Source: Podarcis pityusensis (taxonomy: Eukaryota). Taken from it: a stretch of 64,000 bases of DNA. Each line of letters opens with the position of its first letter. The first letter of the stretch is position 1. Below the pieces are notes generated by a model. It was not told where the DNA came from. It saw only the letters and a program-made list of their open reading frames with translations, and ran no database searches. Positions 1-12,680 of this stretch are shown piece after piece. Position numbers and translations under genes: made by a program. Location: the NCBI GenBank assembly GCA_964106645.2, contig OZ067040.1; one strand, written 5' to 3'.

Positions 1-1314
1 TAATGTCAGCCTTGTGAACCATCTCAAATATATGTCTTGATTTATGCAGCATAAAATAAACAATGTGAAGCACTATATGTTCCCTGTATCCTAACATCAA
101 AAGTTTACAGCCCATCACTGAAAATTACATTTAAAACAAGTATCTGTTATGAACTGTTTTAGAACCAGGTAACAATACCCAGTTTCACTGCAAATTGCTT
201 ATCCAGTAGCAAGGCCTTTCTGCACTATAACTGAATGTACAGTTTTAGCCATTGTGTGCTGCAGAAATAACAGTGCAATATCCCAACATGAACGCATAAT
301 AGATATAAGCCCAATAAAGTACTTTGCTCTATGGGTAATTTTAAAAACATGCTTGCTGTATATTTCTGAATTTGTTTTTTGTGGGTTTTGTTTTGTTATA
401 TACTAACAGAAACCTTTTTAAAAATGCTAAAGGTATTCACAACAGAAAAGTTGTGAACCATTCATCACAACATGATTCTATACCACAATTTACAATTGCT
501 GTGAACATGTTATCCTAGGTCAAAAGATAAAGGCTCAAAGGACTCTCCTTCCTCTGGAAGTGAGGTAGCATATTTTGCTGATCTCCCCTTACCTCCTTCA
601 TCCCCTTGAAAATCTGATCCAAAGGGTGGAGGAAAGAGGCATGAGAGGTAGTAGGAGGGGGAAAGGAAGATGGGTAAAAAAAATGCCCCTCCACTTCTGT
701 ACTCCAGACAAGCCTCTGCTCAATCCCAGTTCCCTCTGTAAAGAGCCCTTTACAATCCAAACAATACCACTTTAACTGCTCATAAAAATCAAATATCCCT
801 TTTTCAAAAACCTACCTTATTGCAAGACAAGCTGATTTGTTCTGTATAAATTTAACACATGTGCACTGTTCACATATACACCAACAAAACAAACAAACAA
901 ACACAGCCTCTTGAACACACAGAAAGCTTCTAAGAAAACTGCTTTTCTTCCTCCAAGAAATGATGTTCCTATCAACCCCAACTTAATCTCTATAATAGTA
1001 CTATGCAATGTATCACTTGTCTGCTCATCTGGGAAGAGTAACAACTACCTCGAACAGGCATTTGGGTAGCAAACTTCTCCTTCTAACAGAGGAAAATGTA
1101 CACACACTATACCCAGTTCTGTGTTTAAAACAGAACCATGCCACAGAGGCTACACACATGCCCTCTCCCCATTTTATATCATTAAGAAACCACTAATCAT
1201 TTAAACACAAGAAGGCTGCCTTGTACCAGGTCAGATTATCTATCCACTTGCTCAGTACCAACTTATCTGACAATCAGCAGTTCTACAGTGCCTTAACACA
1301 AAGGTCCTTGGTGC

Positions 1315-1760
1315 TAATATCATAATGCCATTATACAAATCTATGGTGCAACCACACTTGGAATACTGCGTAAAGTTGTAATCACCTCACCTACAAAAAG
1401 CATACTGTGGAGCTGGATAGGCAGCCAAAAAGATCAAGGGGGTGAGGAAAGATTACATCAGGTGGGGCTTTTTAGTTCAAGGAAAGGCAAGTAAAAGGAG
1501 ACATGGCAGAGATGTAGAAAAGAATGCATGGGGTGGGGGAAAGTAGGCAGAGAAAATTGTTCTCCCTCTCGCATAAGATTAAGAACACAGGAACATTCAA
1601 TGAAGTCAAATGCTTAATGTTTCAGGACAGACAAAAGAAAGTACTTCTTCAAACAAAGCATAGTTAATTTATGGAATTTACTCCCTCAAGGAACAGTGAC
1701 AGCCACCAATTTGGATGCCTTTAAAAGGTGTTTAAGGATAAGGCTACTAGCCACAAGTGT
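1315..1760 (+). mobile_element. CR1 LINE 3' fragment (degraded)
   Basis: Typical CR1 ORF2-end text: 'ccattatacaaatctatggtgcaaccacacttggaatactg', 'gacagacaaaagaaagtacttcttc', 'ttggatgcctttaaaagg'. Boundaries approximate. Confidence 0.75.
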
Positions 1761-2275
1761 TGTGTTCTACCTCCAATGTCTGAGACTTCATTTTCAATAG
1801 GTCCACTCTGAGTAAAACTTAGCCGAATACCACCCACAGACGCCACAACAGAGAGCAGATAGGGACATTCTCTTTCCACTTCTGATCAATTCAGTGCTGC
1901 TGTCTCAAGTGGAAAGACTTACAGAAGTGGATGGGCACTTGTAAGCTGTCTAATCCAACCTCCTGCTCAGTACGGAAAAGCCAGAACTAGAGCATCTGCA
2001 ACAGATGGCTGTTCAGCCTCCCCTTAAAGCTCCAACCTCTAGGAAATTGGTTCCACTGCTGGACTGATTTTGTTGTCGATATGTTTCTCCTAATGCTCAG
2101 TTGAAATGTGCCCTCCTACAGTTTGTGCCCCTACCCACTGAGACTGTATACACTTACATTTTCCTGTGAAGAACTTGGAATACTATGTAACAAATAATGT
2201 ATTTCATTAATTTTACTCACGCCTCTGAAACTGGCAATTGGGGTGGGGGGTTAAAAATGAGCCTATGCTTTATGC

Positions 2276-2938
2276 CAGTGGTTCCCAATTAGCTAAGCAC
2301 TGCGGACTTGGTGTTGAACCAAAAGTGGAGTGCTCCGAAAGCCCTGCTTATGCCATATTGGTAGTCAAGGTGACCCCATCCTTGATTGTTAGTAGCTGTA
2401 GCACTGAGCTCATACACAGCTCACTTTGATATCCACTAATTGGCCTGCCTGGATATAGTACTCTTATTTGTGGGCTTGGGAGGTTGGGCCCACAGCCCAG
2501 AAAGAGGAAACGTCTGTAATGTTTGGGGTATCAGCCACCTGTTTCCATGTGATGTATGCTGCTCTGTTGTATAAAGAATGTATGCACGTTTGCTTGGGTG
2601 TGGACTGTCCAACATCGGACAGGCCATCTCTTTGCTGTGGAGTCCCACAGAAGACTTTGAGATGGGGCAAGGGGAAGTGGTAGGTTGCTGTTGCTAAGTC
2701 TATTCCTTTCTCTTTAATAAAATACTAGAACTGATCACTCTGGCGTTTTTAGGCTTCTTGGTTCTTCTGCAAAATCTGAATGCCTGTGAGCCCTCTGGCT
2801 CTGCAGGTCGCAACACCAAGCCATAGATCCCCTACTTTTGAAAATGTTGATATCACTATGGTAGTTTTTTTATTATGTGAATGGTTCCATGAACCCCCTG
2901 GGTGGGTTCCGCAGAAAACCACAAATTTGGAACCACTG
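2276..2938. mobile_element. hAT-type non-autonomous element containing a nested LTR-like insertion
   Basis: TIRs CAGTGGTTCCCAA (2276) / TTGGAACCACTG (ends 2938); flanks ctttatgc / atttatac look like a decayed 8-bp TSD. Confidence 0.6.
2312..2815 (+). mobile_element. Probable solo LTR
   Basis: TGTTG...CAACA termini, TATA-like GTATAAA near 2569 and AATAAA near 2716; about 500 bp. No clear TSD. Confidence 0.5.
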
Positions 2939-3504
2939 ATTTATACAATGCCTATGCTTTATAGAGACTACCAAGTAATGTAGCCAAGAGGGCTAATACT
3001 ACACTGTAGAAATTAATTAGGTAAACTTCACTGTAGAAATTAATTAGGTAAGACTAGATATACCCAACTAGACATTCAGGCCTGTACATACATTACCAGT
3101 AATAACAACTATATTTTTCTCAAATTGTGGGATTCACCCAAGTTTTACTCAGAGCAGACCCACTGAAATTAATGAGCATGATTGTTAGGCCCAGTAATTT
3201 CAATAGGTTTACTCTGAGTAAAACATAGTTGACTAACACCTATTTTATTCTGTCCCAGTTGTGTGATGCTGGCCAAATTAATTTACTGCCTTTAAAGGAA
3301 GTGGTTCTTTTACCTGGAACATAACATAGGTGTACTAAATAACTCGCCCGCCCCATAAGTACTACTGACCACGCTACTACCATGGGAAATGCTCACTCCC
3401 AAATAAAACTGGTTTATGGTGGGGACAGGATTGAAAGGGTGTTGTGTGAAAAGAGAGATAAACAAGGCAGAAGAATGGCAAAAACAGAAATATTAAACAC
3501 GTAC

Positions 3505-3593
3505 CTATAAGTTCTGTTGGGTTCTTATTACTAAAATGTTCACATATACGAATGAATGTTTCTGTGTTATCAGCTGTGGGGCATTCACCATGC
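3505..3593 (-). CDS. RNGTT: RNGTT coding exon 4 (89 nt)
   Basis: ttgccag|GCATGGTGAATGC...CTTATAG|gtacgt; translates [29 protein letters not shown](G); preceded by a 79-nt intron. The next exon, with the HCxxGxxR active site, was not seen in the window. Confidence 0.96.
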
Positions 3594-3672
3594 CTGGCAA
3601 AACAAAACAGTCAAAGTTATAGAAACACTCCTCTTGTATAAAAGCAAATACTCGTGAATTCAATCAACTTAC

Positions 3673-3776
3673 CCTTTACACTGAAGTTTTATATATGTGA
3701 TCCCATCCTTCTCTATATCACTCCGGTCATAGAACCTAGTGGTGTTTGTCAAGTCTATCAGCAGACCCATCTTAAC
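3673..3776 (-). CDS. RNGTT: RNGTT coding exon 3 (104 nt)
   Basis: ttccag|GTTAAGATG...TGTAAAGG|gtaagt; translates [35 protein letters not shown] (triphosphatase domain). Confidence 0.97.
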
Positions 3777-4566
3777 CTGGAAATAATAAAACCAGTGTTT
3801 AAAGCACACACAGTTCTTCCCAGGACTAACTGCCCCCCCCCCCCGCGAAAAAAGAACTTATCAACCACTCCACACTGTCTCAACCCTTCTCCAACTCCTT
3901 AATGCTGCTGTTGATAAAAGTGCTTTTAGCGGTCTCCACCACCACAGCATATTGTGTGACAGAGAAGCTCATCCCCAAAACAGTCTCCTGAGTTTGTGCG
4001 CATTTTTTTTTTTTTAACTTTTGCCTCAAAAGTTAGTTAGTTTATTTACCTTCTGTTTGTTATCTTCAGCATGCATATCCTCTGAACATCTAACATACCT
4101 TGCCTCACTCCTCTCAAACTAGCAATTCTTTTGGTTAAAAAATGTAGACATCCACTTTGAATGTAGACAGTAGTAAAGTGGATTTATAGCCCCAGGCTAC
4201 CAGGCAACAATAATAATAAAAAGGAGAGTACCAAGAAACAATTGCATAGCCAAATCTAAATGTGAATTTGAGGCTACATATATGCTATGGAAGCACGCTG
4301 GGCACTTTTCCTCTGATGTGCTGTTGCACATATGCTTACAGAGTTTATACAGTTAATGTATAATGTTCCACCAGTGCAAAAGGATTGTGATGCTGTAGAG
4401 AAAGTGGCTTATTTCTATCTGTACATCTTCCCTCCGCAATTGTGATTTCCCACTACCACTGTCCCAAACAGCCATTATGTACAATCTTCTATTATTATAC
4501 TTATCAAAGGGGGAGAATCAAATGTTTATGCAGTGAAGGAAACACTTCTTTGGTTTTATTCTTTAC

Positions 4567-4676
4567 CTTAAGACTTTTCAAGTAGTTTGATAACATACTG
4601 GGGTGGAAACGATACTCTTCAGCAACTTGATCATCATATTTTGGTCCCAACATTGTCTTCAGGGGCAAAAACTTCC
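4567..4676 (-). CDS. RNGTT: RNGTT coding exon 2 (110 nt)
   Basis: cag|GGAAGTTTTTGCCC...CTTAAG|gtaaag; translates [36 protein letters not shown] in frame with exon 1. Confidence 0.97.
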
Positions 4677-4959
4677 CTGTGTGGCAACAAAATCAAAAAA
4701 CCTTACGTCTTACAGTCATATTATATGGAGTCATATAAACATGTGCGACCGCCGGCCTGAATCTTTGTTAAAATGCTTTCACGAGAACTGTAGCGGAGTT
4801 TGCAAGATTTCGTTTCGGATTAAAACTAACCAAAACAAACCAAATTGAAACTACACCGAACGATGAGTAAATGCTTTCATACACCTGTGAATATGCCTGA
4901 GGGACTCCCAAGTCCTACGTAAATGGGGAAGCTGCGTGAACCTGATCTGTGTCTGGGCG

Positions 4960-5620
4960 GGGAGCCCATGTAACCTGCGCACCTGCGTCTGTCCAGGAGA
5001 GACTGTGACAATCATCTCTTTGGACTGGAGGGGCGTGAATAAACCCGAGGACCTGTCTCCGCGAAGGCCGAGTCTCTCATGGCAAGGATAACAAGGCACC
5101 AAGCGGTGCACAAGCCCTCCTCTACCCGCCCGATCGCACCGGCGCGCCGGGAGGCACAGGCGCAAGTGTCCCGGGGCCGGGAGAGGCACGGCTGCTGCGC
5201 GCGAAAGCGACGCCTGTCCCGCCCTGCCGTCGCCTCACCGGCCACCCCGCTCACCGCTCACCTGCCACAGGCTGCCCGCGCCTCGGGCAGCTCAGCCACC
5301 GCGGCGGGATCTTGTTGAAAGACATGGCGGCCCCGAGGCCGGAAGAGTCACGCAGCCGCCTCGCTTCTCCGGGAGGCAGGACTCCCTGACAGCTCCCCCT
5401 CCCGCGCCAGCAGCAGCGGCGGCGGCGGCGGCAGCAGTCCCAGCCACTTCGCACGGAAGCCGCCAGACCACAATGCACCGCGGCCGAGAGCGGCCGGTTC
5501 CGCTTCCGGGATCCATCGAGCTTGCCGCTTGCTCTGGCCACTCTAGGAAGGTAGGGGGCGTGTCCCGTCCTCTCTGTGGCAGCGCGGTTGTCAAAACGGA
5601 GACCCCACGCTTCTTCCCAT
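4960..5620 (-). promoter_or_regulatory. RNGTT CpG-island promoter / 5' UTR
   Basis: GC/CpG-rich; several ETS cores (CCGGAAG 5339-5345, CTTCCGG near 5503), a GC-box-like GGGGGCGTG near 5553, and a (GCG)n tract near 5415-5432. Confidence 0.8.
5262..5325 (-). CDS. RNGTT: mRNA capping enzyme (RNA guanylyltransferase and 5'-phosphatase), coding exon 1
   Basis: GCCGCCATG Kozak; translates [21 protein letters not shown](G), matching the vertebrate RNGTT N-terminus; donor GTGAGC. Model: complement(join(3505..3593,3673..3776,4567..4676,5262..5325)), gene continues beyond position 1. Confidence 0.97.
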
Positions 5621-8600
5621 AGAAGTACGAAACAAGCAGAGGAATACCTCAGGCTTGAAGGAGCGGGGAGTCATTATTAACTCTATTGCTGTAATGCGGA
5701 GGGTTTTCAAGTAAAATATGGTTTCTGCAAGCAAGGGGTTTTAATTTAATAAAGTTTATACTGTACTGTACTGTAAAATACATATAGAGTGGGATTTAAC
5801 GTAGCTCACCCAAACCCCGCAGCGAGGATTGGGGAGGCGGCGGAAAAAGGGAGGTCCCGTTGTGCCATATGTTATTTTAATAGACTAAGTTAAATTTGCA
5901 CGCAACTACTGGATCCCGTCCAGCTTTGCTGGAAGGCGATGCGTCTTAACATCGTCTCGCTCCTCGCACCAAAAATGGGCGCCCTATCCAATATTAGACT
6001 GCATCTTATGGCAATGCAATTGTGTTAACAGGACACGTTTAAGATGTAAGTTGCGTTTTAAAAAACAATAAATAAAGCCCACAAAGAAGACCTGAGTTTG
6101 AAAGTAAATCGTAGACTTTTCCGTTGTCTCCTGTGTGCAGCTTTCACTTTTACTGTTTTAGCAAGCCTGGAGGGCAGAGAAACAGTCTAGGCTTTTGCAA
6201 GAGACTCAAATTACTTTTAAGCCATCAAAAGCATTGAGGAAACCCCTTCTGAAGACCAAGAAACGGCTAGGCTAAAAAAATAATAAAAACTGGGTTACCA
6301 TGTGTCCCCTTTTTCTAAGACACATCCTCGTTTTCAGACAATTTGAGACAAATTGCATTTATGTGCTTAGCAAAGTGCTGTCGGTGGGATCTGCTCCGGA
6401 GCAGGTGCTGGGGCAGTGCCTCAAAGCCATCTTCCAAGCACTGGCATTTACTGCCGCTTGCCTGGGTGGTGCAGTGGCGAGACAAGGTGCTGGTGAGGTC
6501 AGGGATGCCCCTGCAGAGCCCATTCAGCACTCTCACCCATGTGCTTATGCAGCCTTATGCACCATTCAGGTAAACAGTGACCACACCATGGTCAGGATGG
6601 TGACACTGTGATGCCACTCCTATGTGGGTTAGTCCTAAGTGCGGGGGTGGGGGTGGCTTCCACCAGCTGAATGGCAGCCACCCAAACTCAATGTTATATT
6701 GCGGGAGAGAACAGGCATCGTAAGGCACATGGGCTGAAACTGATACCACTTTGAAAAAACTACCAATTATCCATTATGAATACATAAAAAAACAAATACA
6801 ACCCCATGGAAATTCAGACACAACGTCCCTATTCCACACTGATACTTCAACTTCAAATTAGCCATCATCCTCCAATCATAAGGAAGCTTTATAAAATCAT
6901 GGAACCACTAAAAATTAAGCATAATCTCAGGGCTGAGGGGGCCAAAGCGGGTGTCTCCTGTGTCTTCATAACTGTTTAGTTTTTATGTTTGCTACCCTGG
7001 GCTCCTTTGGGAGGAAAGGCAGGATGGGAATTTAAAACAGTAAGTGTGTCTTTAATTTTAACTACTGCCAATATAGTTCATTAGCTGGATCAGGGTTCAC
7101 ATTGTTTTGGAGTCAAGTCTACATGCACACAAAACAAAACAAAAATACCCTGATCCTTCATGTTTGATTTAAATGCAGCCTTCAGTCAGTAGGTGGTGCA
7201 AAGATTTCACATACTCACACAACATTAATTGCAAAGCTTCATCTCATTGGTGTATGAATAAAGCACAGTCCATAAACACATAATATATCAAAAACAGGAA
7301 AGAAAGAAACAATTGTCAAATGATTCATCAGCAGATTTCAAAACGCTGTATCAGGTTTCAGCCTCCAACACCTAATGCCTGTGTAAAGAAATGTCTTTAG
7401 ATAGCAACAAAAAGTCAGTAATGAGGGGGACAACTGTATCTCCATAATGTAAGAAGAAACATGATTTGAACTGAAGCCTTAAGGGAAAATTCCCTGAACA
7501 TCAGACTTATAAAGCAACAGGAAAAGTTAAAATAATTATTAGCATTCTGTGGGGGGGTTAATAATAATTTTAAAAGGACTTTAACTATTAATATTAAGCT
7601 ATACAAATAAAATGCTCTAGAGGAGGTTATTGAAAGAGCAAACATTGTGTTTGTACTATTTATGTTGACTCTAAAACTCAGCCTTCAAGAAGGTAAACAA
7701 TGGAACTATTGCTTTCAGAAATGTGACCTACTTTCCAGACCTTCTTGACACTAGAAGATAGCTGCCTGACCTTGAAACAGTTGGCATTGGCAACGGGCCC
7801 AACCATTGCTTCCCTAAACACAGTTCAGCTGTCCAAGGAACTAAGTGTAAAGCATGCTCATGTCTATTCTGGAAATTACAGCTGAGGCCTATGATCCCAG
7901 TGGTTCTGTTCTGAACATAATGTGCTCAGCTGCATTAGCTGCCAGCCCAAAGTAAATGTGACTGCTATGCGGGAATAAAGAAGGCCTCACGTACAAATAT
8001 TGAGGAAGGGCGGCACAATGTGACACATACACACACACCCCTACCTATATTTCAATCCACATGTCTCCATTCCTTAGGAATACATTCAGGACTGGCCCAA
8101 GCTATTTTGCTTCCAGATGCTGATGTTTCACCCTGCTAGCAACAGCTATTTAGCTCAGGTTCCTCAAAGAAGCCACCCCAAGTCTTCCAAAGCTTTGCCA
8201 AGCCTGTGGCAAAGACTTGGCCGGGTTATAATTGGGAGAGGCCTTTATAATCTATGGTTGGCTGCTGCTTTGTATGGTGCCCCAGTTGCTGTCCAATCTC
8301 TCTGGATTCTTGACAGATATGGAGTGCCTGCCAGGCATCTTGCACTTCTTGCTTTCTCTTTTGTTTGAAATACATGTTTCGCAGCCCAGCAGTGTGAGCC
8401 TGCTGTCATGGTACAGTCATTCTAGCAGGGCAGGAGGAGCTCATTGCTCATTGCACTGTGCCTCCCAATCCCATTCCCTGAGACAATACGTTGTGCCCAG
8501 TGGTAGGGTAGGCAGAGATCTGATTTTAGAGCAAAGGAGTGTGTTATTACCAGATTTGCTAGTGCACCACTGCACACATGTATGCACGTCCTACAAGTGT

Positions 8601-8759
8601 TTGGTCCAAAAGTCTAATTTTGAGGAATTAGCAATACTGTTCTTGGGATCTTTACTGGAAACGGTTGTAGACAGACAGAATTTCAATGACTTTGATAACT
8701 TTGCTTAATTTAGGGGTTTGATGCAGACCAATCTTAGCTTCCTTGCGCCAGAGAGTAAT

Positions 8760-9132
8760 AAGGTAAAGGACCCCTGGATGGTTAAGTCCAGTCAAACGCG
8801 ACTATGGGGTTGCGGCACTCATCTCACAGGCCGAGGAAGCCGGTGTTTGTCCACAGACAGCCTTCCAGGTCATGTGTCCAGCATGACTAAGCTGCTTCTG
8901 GTGCAATGGAACACCGTGATGGAAGCCAGAGCGCATGGAAACACTGTTTACCTTCCCGCCGCAGCGATACCTATTTATCTACTTGCACAGGCATGCTTTC
9001 AAACTGCTAGGTTGGCAGGAGCTGGGACAGAGCAACAGGAGCGCACCCCGTCATGGGGATTCAAACTGCCGGCCTTCTGATCAGCAAGCCCAAGAGGCTC
9101 AGTCATTTAGACCACAGCGCCACCCACGTCCC
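8760..9132 (-). mobile_element. Sauria SINE
   Basis: aggtaaagg tail end, body 'catgtgtccagcatgactaagc...tttatctacttgcac', 5' end 'ccacagcgccacccacgtccc'. Confidence 0.9.
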
Positions 9133-9502
9133 AGTGCCAGTAATGAACACAACTTAGCTGCAGTTATAATAATTATTCATAAATAAATGCTTAAAGGTGA
9201 CAGTATGCAAATCTAAAATAATTCAATAACAGCTGCAGAAAAACACAGAAAAGGATGGGTTTAATATTCCACATGCAAGCTCACCCACGCCTTGCCTGGA
9301 CCATTTACTTAATTGTTATTGCGGTGATAGAGAAGCGAGACTAAAAGTAGCAAATTGCCTAATAAGGAACCATGAGACAAAGTCTTCAAAGACCCAGATT
9401 TGCTGTGCAGAAAGTAAAAGAAACAGGAAGGCGAAAAGGTTATATGCAAAGTAGTAGTTCTCCTGTCTCTGGAGAGCCTGATTAGTGTGGAACTGGGGGA
9501 AA

Positions 9503-9721
9503 TAGTCATACCTCTGGTTGCGAACATGATCCGTGCAGGAGGCATATTCACAACCCGCAGTGTTTGTAGCCTGAAGCGCCGCGTCTGCACATGCACATGG
9601 TGTCATTTTGCGTTTCTGTGCATGTGTGAGTGCATGTGTGAGTATGAGTACTTCTGGGTTTGGCACAGTCCGCAACCCAAAAATGCACAACTCGCAGCGT
9701 TTTTAACCCAAGGTAAGACTG
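9503..9721. mobile_element. Tc1/mariner-type MITE
   Basis: Ends 'tagtcatacct' / 'aggtaagactg' followed by TA; same family as 37920-38126, in the opposite orientation. Confidence 0.65.
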
Positions 9722-10469
9722 TACAGAAGAGAGGCAATTAGAAGAGTTGGAACACCAATATTAGCGGCCCTGCAATAAGAGATAATAAGGGAATCAGCTT
9801 GGTTTCTTCACTTTTAAGGGATCCACAGAGACTGAATTAGAACTAAACCAACTGTGACTTCATTATGGGTCTGCAGTGGACTCAGTGTGCCTGTAAACAA
9901 TTGAGGACAATTCCTGCCACTTCCCTTTACTGTGAGAACAGTTCTCCTGGATCTGACAGAGGCCCCTCTTGTCCAGAATTCTGTTTTCACACTGGCCAAC
10001 TAGAGGCCTATGGGAAGCTCACAAGCAGGACATGAGCAGAACTGTATTCTGCTCCCTTGTATCCCAGAGAAACTTATATTCAGATGCCTATAATATTGGA
10101 GATAGTTCTTACACCACCACCATGACTAGTAGCTACCGATAGCCTTGTCCTCCATAAATTTATCTAACCCAGGAGTCACCAAGCTTTTCAGACTAGTGGA
10201 GAAGCATGGCAGACAACAAAATTAGAGAAACCATCATCCCACCCCCGCAACCTTATGCTTACCATGGAAAGTCCGCTATGTCCTGCTGGTCCTGATAATG
10301 GAGATCACACACATGCAGACATACAGACAGATGCTGTTGCTGTCTAATAACAGGGGATATACACAAGGTATCCTCACCACTCTTACTTTGCAGAAATTGC
10401 TTAGAAAGCACAGGCAACTCACAACTTATGAGAATTTAACTTATGCACATTCGGCTTTAATAATCTGCT

Positions 10470-11350
10470 GCTTGAAGAAGCGCTTGTTTTATCTGTTCTG
10501 CATCTTCCGAAGTTCAGTTTTATTAGATGGCCCCAGGTTCTAATGCTGTGAGAAAGGACCAATCCGCTTTCTCCTCACCATACACAATCTTCTATATTTG
10601 TCAATGCCCCTGTCCCTCACAATTTTTCTAGACTAAAAAGCACCCAAATGTTGTAACCTTGTTTTAATCACTCTGAACAATTCAGTGTCATTAGCAAATT
10701 GGCCACCTCACTTCTCATCCTAACTCTACATCATTTAAGAACATGTTAAAAACTACAAGTCCCAGTACAGGTATTTGGGGAAAACTACTTCTTTCATCTC
10801 TCCATTGTGAGAACTGTCAATTTAGCCTTACTCTCTGTTTCCTGTTCTTTAATCAGTAACTGATCCGTAAGATTATCCCCTTATCCATGAGCACTAAACT
10901 TACTCAGAAGTGTTTGGTAATATGACTGTATGAAAAGTTTTTTGGAAGTCCAAGTACACTGTGATTACCGCACCACCCTATTTACGTACTTATTGATACT
11001 CTTAATATCTCAAAGGGTTATCAGACTTACTGTTACAGAAACCATGCTGGTTCTTCTGGCTTTGTTCTTAAAGAACCATGCTTGATCATGTTATCTTTAA
11101 TAACTCTTTCCATCAGTTTTCTCAAAACAGAAGCTAACCTGCCTGTAATTTCCCAGATCCTGCTCCAGATCCCTTTCCTTACAGATGTTACATTATCCGC
11201 TTTCCAGTCCTCAGGCACAAAAGCAGATCTTAGGGATAAGTTACATATTTTTGTCAGAAAATCAGCAATTTCACATTTCAGTTCTTTAAGAAATTTTGAG
11301 TGGATGCCATTTATACCAGGTGCTTTTGAGACATACAAAATAAAGGGGCA
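10470..11350 (-). mobile_element. CR1 LINE ORF2 (reverse transcriptase) fragment
   Basis: ORF 11033-11380 reads KAPGINGIHSKFLKELKCEIADFLTKICNLSLRSAFVPEDWKADNVT, a typical CR1 RT segment; more CR1-like text lies to the left. Confidence 0.85.
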
Positions 11351-11758
11351 GATGTCTTCAGTAGTTTTTCCACTGTGCAAACAGAAGACAGGAATAAACG
11401 CTTCGAGGCAAGGTTAGGAAAATTAAGAGGCAGCTGTGAGAACAAGACTACAGGCGCCACACTAAAAGGAGAAATTTGTGGAGGAGTATACACTCTGGCA
11501 AGAAAGGATCAAGTGAAAATCCCCAACTCCTCTCTAAATCCCTGGGCCCAGCTCAAGAAAGAGAGAGGGAAGTGTGCTGATGAACAATTTAAGTGGACAA
11601 ATGGAGCTTCCCCAGTCTATCATGTATCACCTTACTAGTTTGAGGACTGTACAGACTATTGGAACTGAATTGTGGTCCCAATTGTCTCAAGGTGAGAAAA
11701 ACATTCAAGATGTCTGCTTCAGCATTCTGTAATTAAGATGAAATTTTCTTTCAATGTA

Positions 11759-11969
11759 CATTAAGCCTGCAACTTTACGCACGTTTAACTTGCACACATT
11801 CAGCTTTATGCACTTGGTTAAAAAATATATATAAGGGGATGGGAGTCGAGGAAAAAAAGACTTTGGCAATTCCACCCGCCATTGCATCTGATGTGTTTTG
11901 GTTATACACAATTTTGGCTTTAGGTGCGAACCCCAGGATGTAATCCCTGTGTAAATTGTTGGCTTACTG
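11759..11969. mobile_element. Tc1/mariner (Tigger-like) MITE, degraded
   Basis: ta|cattaagcc...ggcttactg; related to 17506-17674. Confidence 0.5.
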
Positions 11970-12299
11970 TTTTGTTTATTTCCCTTGCTTTTTTTCCTAT
12001 TTGTCACAAGCCATGTAGAAGTACTAATGGGATTACACTGCTTTTGATAGCATAACATACAAACATTACAAGAAAACGAAAGAGAAACTCTGCTACAATA
12101 TTGCATAAAAGAATAAGGAAGTAAATAGTTTCTGGCTGGGGGAGTATGTGAGGAAAATTGCCCATGAGAAGGGAGCAAGCTTACAACATGCCTTTCCATA
12201 CTCCTTAATTTTGTCTAATCTTAGGACTCAAAATAAGCTATCTCATAAATGTACACTGAATAGTTAAATGTCCTAACTATGTGCCACTGTCTCACTCAT

Positions 12300-12680
12300 T
12301 CCCAAATCAGGAATTTCCAAAACAGAAGCAAATTAAGGCTCCTGGAGTGTTTGCATGATGTTGCTTCCATTCAAAACTGAAACTGGGTCAAAGATTTCCT
12401 TTTCCTTCCCCTCCCCCCCCTTCCTAATGAATATTTCCTAATGAAAAAAACCAGCAGGATGTACAGGATGTACCCCCCCCCCCCAGCAAAGCTGGTTTCC
12501 GGATAATCCATTTTCTGCTGCTCTATCACATATATTCTGTGAGGCCAATAGAGCTTCTCTCTTCGGCTGACGCATGAATGTTGCAATCGGGACTTTCCCC
12601 AGTACTACGTAAATGCCAGCAATAATCCACAAGCTTTGCAGTTTCACTTCTGTCTGAACACAAAGAGGAAAACCCAGCCC
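12300..12680. promoter_or_regulatory. Candidate inflammation/interferon-responsive enhancer (NF-kB, IRF, C/EBP, CRE, ETS motif cluster)
   Basis: GGGACTTTCC 12589-12598, AGGAATTTCC 12309-12318, AAAACTGAAACTG 12373-12385, AGTTTCACTTCT 12640-12651, TGTTGCAAT 12579-12587, TGACGCA 12568-12574, TTTCCGG 12496-12502. Motif evidence only. Confidence 0.45.

Noticed and set aside
3002-3051. 23-bp direct repeat (period 27), and a degenerate ~90-bp dimer near 27378-27548
   Set aside because: Ordinary local slippage duplications with no sign of function.
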